From: Flavitalea sp.
GTDB taxonomy: Bacteria > Bacteroidota > Bacteroidia > Chitinophagales > Chitinophagaceae
DNA length: 27,793 nucleotides
Assembly: GCA_040007215.1 (NCBI GenBank)
Contig: JBDTVL010000001.1
Span: 1-27,793, forward strand
Reading direction: 5' to 3'
Shown here in pieces: positions 26,135 to 27,793 of this stretch; within the stretch, counting starts at the first letter, position 1, and each line of letters opens with the position of its first letter. The translations under genes were made by a program, and so were the position numbers. The notes under the pieces were generated by a model. It had not been told where the DNA came from and ran no database searches. It worked only from the letters and a program-made list of their open reading frames with translations.

Positions 26135-26141
26135 GGCGCTT

Positions 26142-26408
26142 CTATTTTAAAAGGTCAGTTACATATGGCAGTAGTGCCATTTGACGGGCTTTCTTAACCG
26201 CCTGCGACACTTTACGCTGGTACTTCAGTGAGTTACCGGTAATGCGGCGCGGCAGCAATTTGCCCTGGTCGTTTAGAAATTTCTTGAGGAACTCGGCGTC
26301 TTTGTAGTCGATGTACTTAATGCCCATCTTCTTGAACCGGCAATACTTTTTCCTGGGCTTATCAGCTTTGATAGCCGTCAGGTACTTAATCTCATTTGCT
26401 TTTGCCAT
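26142..26408 (-). CDS. rpsR: 30S ribosomal protein bS18
   Basis: [23 protein letters not shown] and [19 protein letters not shown]. Confidence 0.97.
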   Translation of the reverse strand: MAKANEIKYLTAIKADKPRKKYCRFKKMGIKYIDYKDAEFLKKFLNDQGKLLPRRITGNSLKYQRKVSQAVKKARQMALLPYVTDLLK

Positions 26409-26411
26409 GGT

Positions 26412-26765
26412 TTAAGCCTCCGTTTTTTCAGTTCCAGCATGTACGCCACTTCTCTTTCTATCATTGTACACGACGGCGTATTTATCGAGTGCAGTGAACA
26501 TGTGACGCATAACATTGTCGTCACGCAATAGCTGAATCTTCAGCTTCTCATTGAAGTCGGATGGCGTAATATATTCCATTACCCAATAAAGACCGGTGGT
26601 CTTCTTGGCTATAGGATACGCCAGTGATTTCAATCCCCAAGGCTTCTCGTTTAAGATACTTCCTCCGGCATCGGTAACCATGGAGGCAAATTTCTTCTGA
26701 GCGGCTTTATAGTCCTCATCAGAGAGCACAGGGGTAAAAATCACCATCAATTCGTAATTCTGCAT
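26412..26765 (-). CDS. rpsF: 30S ribosomal protein bS6
   Basis: YELMVIFTP, WGLKSLAYPI, GLYWVMEY and VMRHM. Confidence 0.97.
   Translation of the reverse strand: MQNYELMVIFTPVLSDEDYKAAQKKFASMVTDAGGSILNEKPWGLKSLAYPIAKKTTGLYWVMEYITPSDFNEKLKIQLLRDDNVMRHMFTALDKYAVVYNDRKRSGVHAGTEKTEA
26417..26421 (-). promoter_or_regulatory. Shine-Dalgarno GGAGG upstream of rpsR
   Basis: Minus strand ACGGAGGCTTAAACCATG, with an 8-nt spacer; it lies within the last codons of rpsF. Confidence 0.7.
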
Positions 26766-26831
26766 TACCCTGTTGTTTTAGCTACGCCTTTCAGCGCAGC
26801 AGGTTAAAAAATATTTTTTTGAAACGGGCAG

Positions 26832-26839
26832 CAAAGGTA
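26832..26839 (-). promoter_or_regulatory. -7 promoter element TACCTTTG for rpsF-rpsR-rplI
   Basis: Exact TAnnTTTG match 66 nt upstream of the rpsF ATG. Confidence 0.7.
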
Positions 26840-26933
26840 GGGGATTCACCTCAGATTACCCTATCATTGCGACTAAACGTTAAATAAATTAAATAACTGA
26901 CATTTTTACCTGATTCGGGGTTTCCAGGCCATA

Positions 26934-26948
26934 TGGCGCTTTCTTTGA
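26934..26948 (+). promoter_or_regulatory. Possible sigma54-like promoter for htpG
   Basis: TGGCGCT-TTCT-TTGA: the -24 GG is present with correct spacing, but -12 is GA rather than GC. Confidence 0.35.
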
Positions 26949-26973
26949 ACCCCCTATAAAAAATTCATACACC

Positions 26974-27793
26974 ATGCAAAAAGGAACCATCAGGGTACAG
27001 ACCGAGAACATTTTCCCGATCATCAAGAAATTCCTTTACAGCGACCATGAGATATTTCTCCGCGAACTGATCAGCAATGCCGTAGACGCTACTCAGAAAC
27101 TGAAAACCCTTTCCTCTATTGGCGACGCCAAAGGCGAATTGGGCGATTTGACCATCCATATCAAACTGGATAAAGAAAACAAAACCATCACCATTGCCGA
27201 TAAGGGTATCGGAATGACTGGCGAAGAACTGGATAAATACATCAACCAGGTGGCTTTTTCAGGGGCAGAAGAGTTCCTGAAAAAATATAAAGGCCAGAAT
27301 GAAACCAATATCATTGGCCATTTCGGGCTGGGATTCTACTCCTCTTTTATGGTTAGTGAAAGAGTAGAGATCATCACCAAAAGCTTCCGTGAAGAGGCGC
27401 AGGCTGTTCGCTGGGAGTGCGATGGAAGCCCCGAATATACCCTGGAAGATACCGATAAAGCAGACCGTGGAACCGAGATCGTGCTGCATGTTAATGAAGA
27501 AAGCGCCGAATTCCTCGATGAATCCCGCATCCAGTCTATCCTTGAAAAATTTTGTAAATTCCTTCCCGTTCCTGTATCCTTCCAGGAAAAACAGGTTAAT
27601 AATACCAGTCCCGCATGGACCAAAAAGCCGTCTGAACTTACCACCCAGGACTACCAGGATTTTTATAAGGAACTTTATCCTTACAACGAACTTCCCCTTT
27701 TCTGGATTCACCTCAACGTCGATTATCCCTTTAACCTTACCGGCATACTCTACTTCCCCAAGATCAAACAGAGCTACGAGATACAGAAGGACA
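26974..27793 (+). CDS. htpG: Molecular chaperone HtpG (Hsp90), 3'-truncated by the window edge
   Basis: Translated by hand: MQKGTIRVQTENIFPIIKKFLYSDHEIFLRELISNAVDA, DKGIGMT, IGHFGLGFYSSFMV, RGTEI and LNVDYPFNLTGILYFP. Absent from the ORF track because it runs off the end. Confidence 0.96.
   Translation, partial: MQKGTIRVQTENIFPIIKKFLYSDHEIFLRELISNAVDATQKLKTLSSIGDAKGELGDLTIHIKLDKENKTITIADKGIGMTGEELDKYINQVAFSGAEEFLKKYKGQNETNIIGHFGLGFYSSFMVSERVEIITKSFREEAQAVRWECDGSPEYTLEDTDKADRGTEIVLHVNEESAEFLDESRIQSILEKFCKFLPVPVSFQEKQVNNTSPAWTKKPSELTTQDYQDFYKELYPYNELPLFWIHLNVDYPFNLTGILYFPKIKQSYEIQKD

Noticed and set aside
26850-26973. CIRCE/HrcA operator upstream of htpG
   Set aside because: No TTAGCACTC-N9-GAGTGCTAA-like repeat is present.
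27259-27711. 150-aa minus-strand ORF and neighbouring short ORFs at the window end
   Set aside because: They are antisense shadows of htpG, which is unambiguous on the + strand.

Overview
A 27.8-kb chromosomal window from a Bacteroidota bacterium, probably Chitinophagaceae. This is inferred from TAnnTTTG -7 promoter elements, a T9SS sorting-domain gene and the general absence of Shine-Dalgarno sites. The left part covers nitrogen assimilation and aspartate-family metabolism: gltD (5' truncated), amt plus a beta-barrel porin, ppc, thrA-thrB-thrC, and a convergent metY-metX-hom operon. The right part holds uvrA plus a 5'(3')-nucleotidase, a T9SS CTD-only gene and a PorG/DUF6089-like barrel, a GpgS-HAD phosphatase fusion with a Usp, an RRM protein, rpsF-rpsR-rplI and htpG (3' truncated, absent from the ORF track). 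No mobile elements, CRISPR arrays, rRNA or tRNA genes were seen. The most interesting signals are regulatory and missing from the ORF track. (1) A complete SAM-I riboswitch (aptamer, antiterminator, terminator) sits directly upstream of a QueF-family gene lacking the catalytic cysteine, which in turn precedes the methionine operon. (2) A 31-aa leader ORF containing CCICCM lies upstream of metY. (3) A 30-aa Ile/Thr-rich leader ORF lies upstream of thrA. (4) A sigma54-type promoter precedes a candidate bifunctional glucosylglycerate synthase. (5) rpsR has a strong SD. All structures were read by eye; no database searches or folding programs were run.
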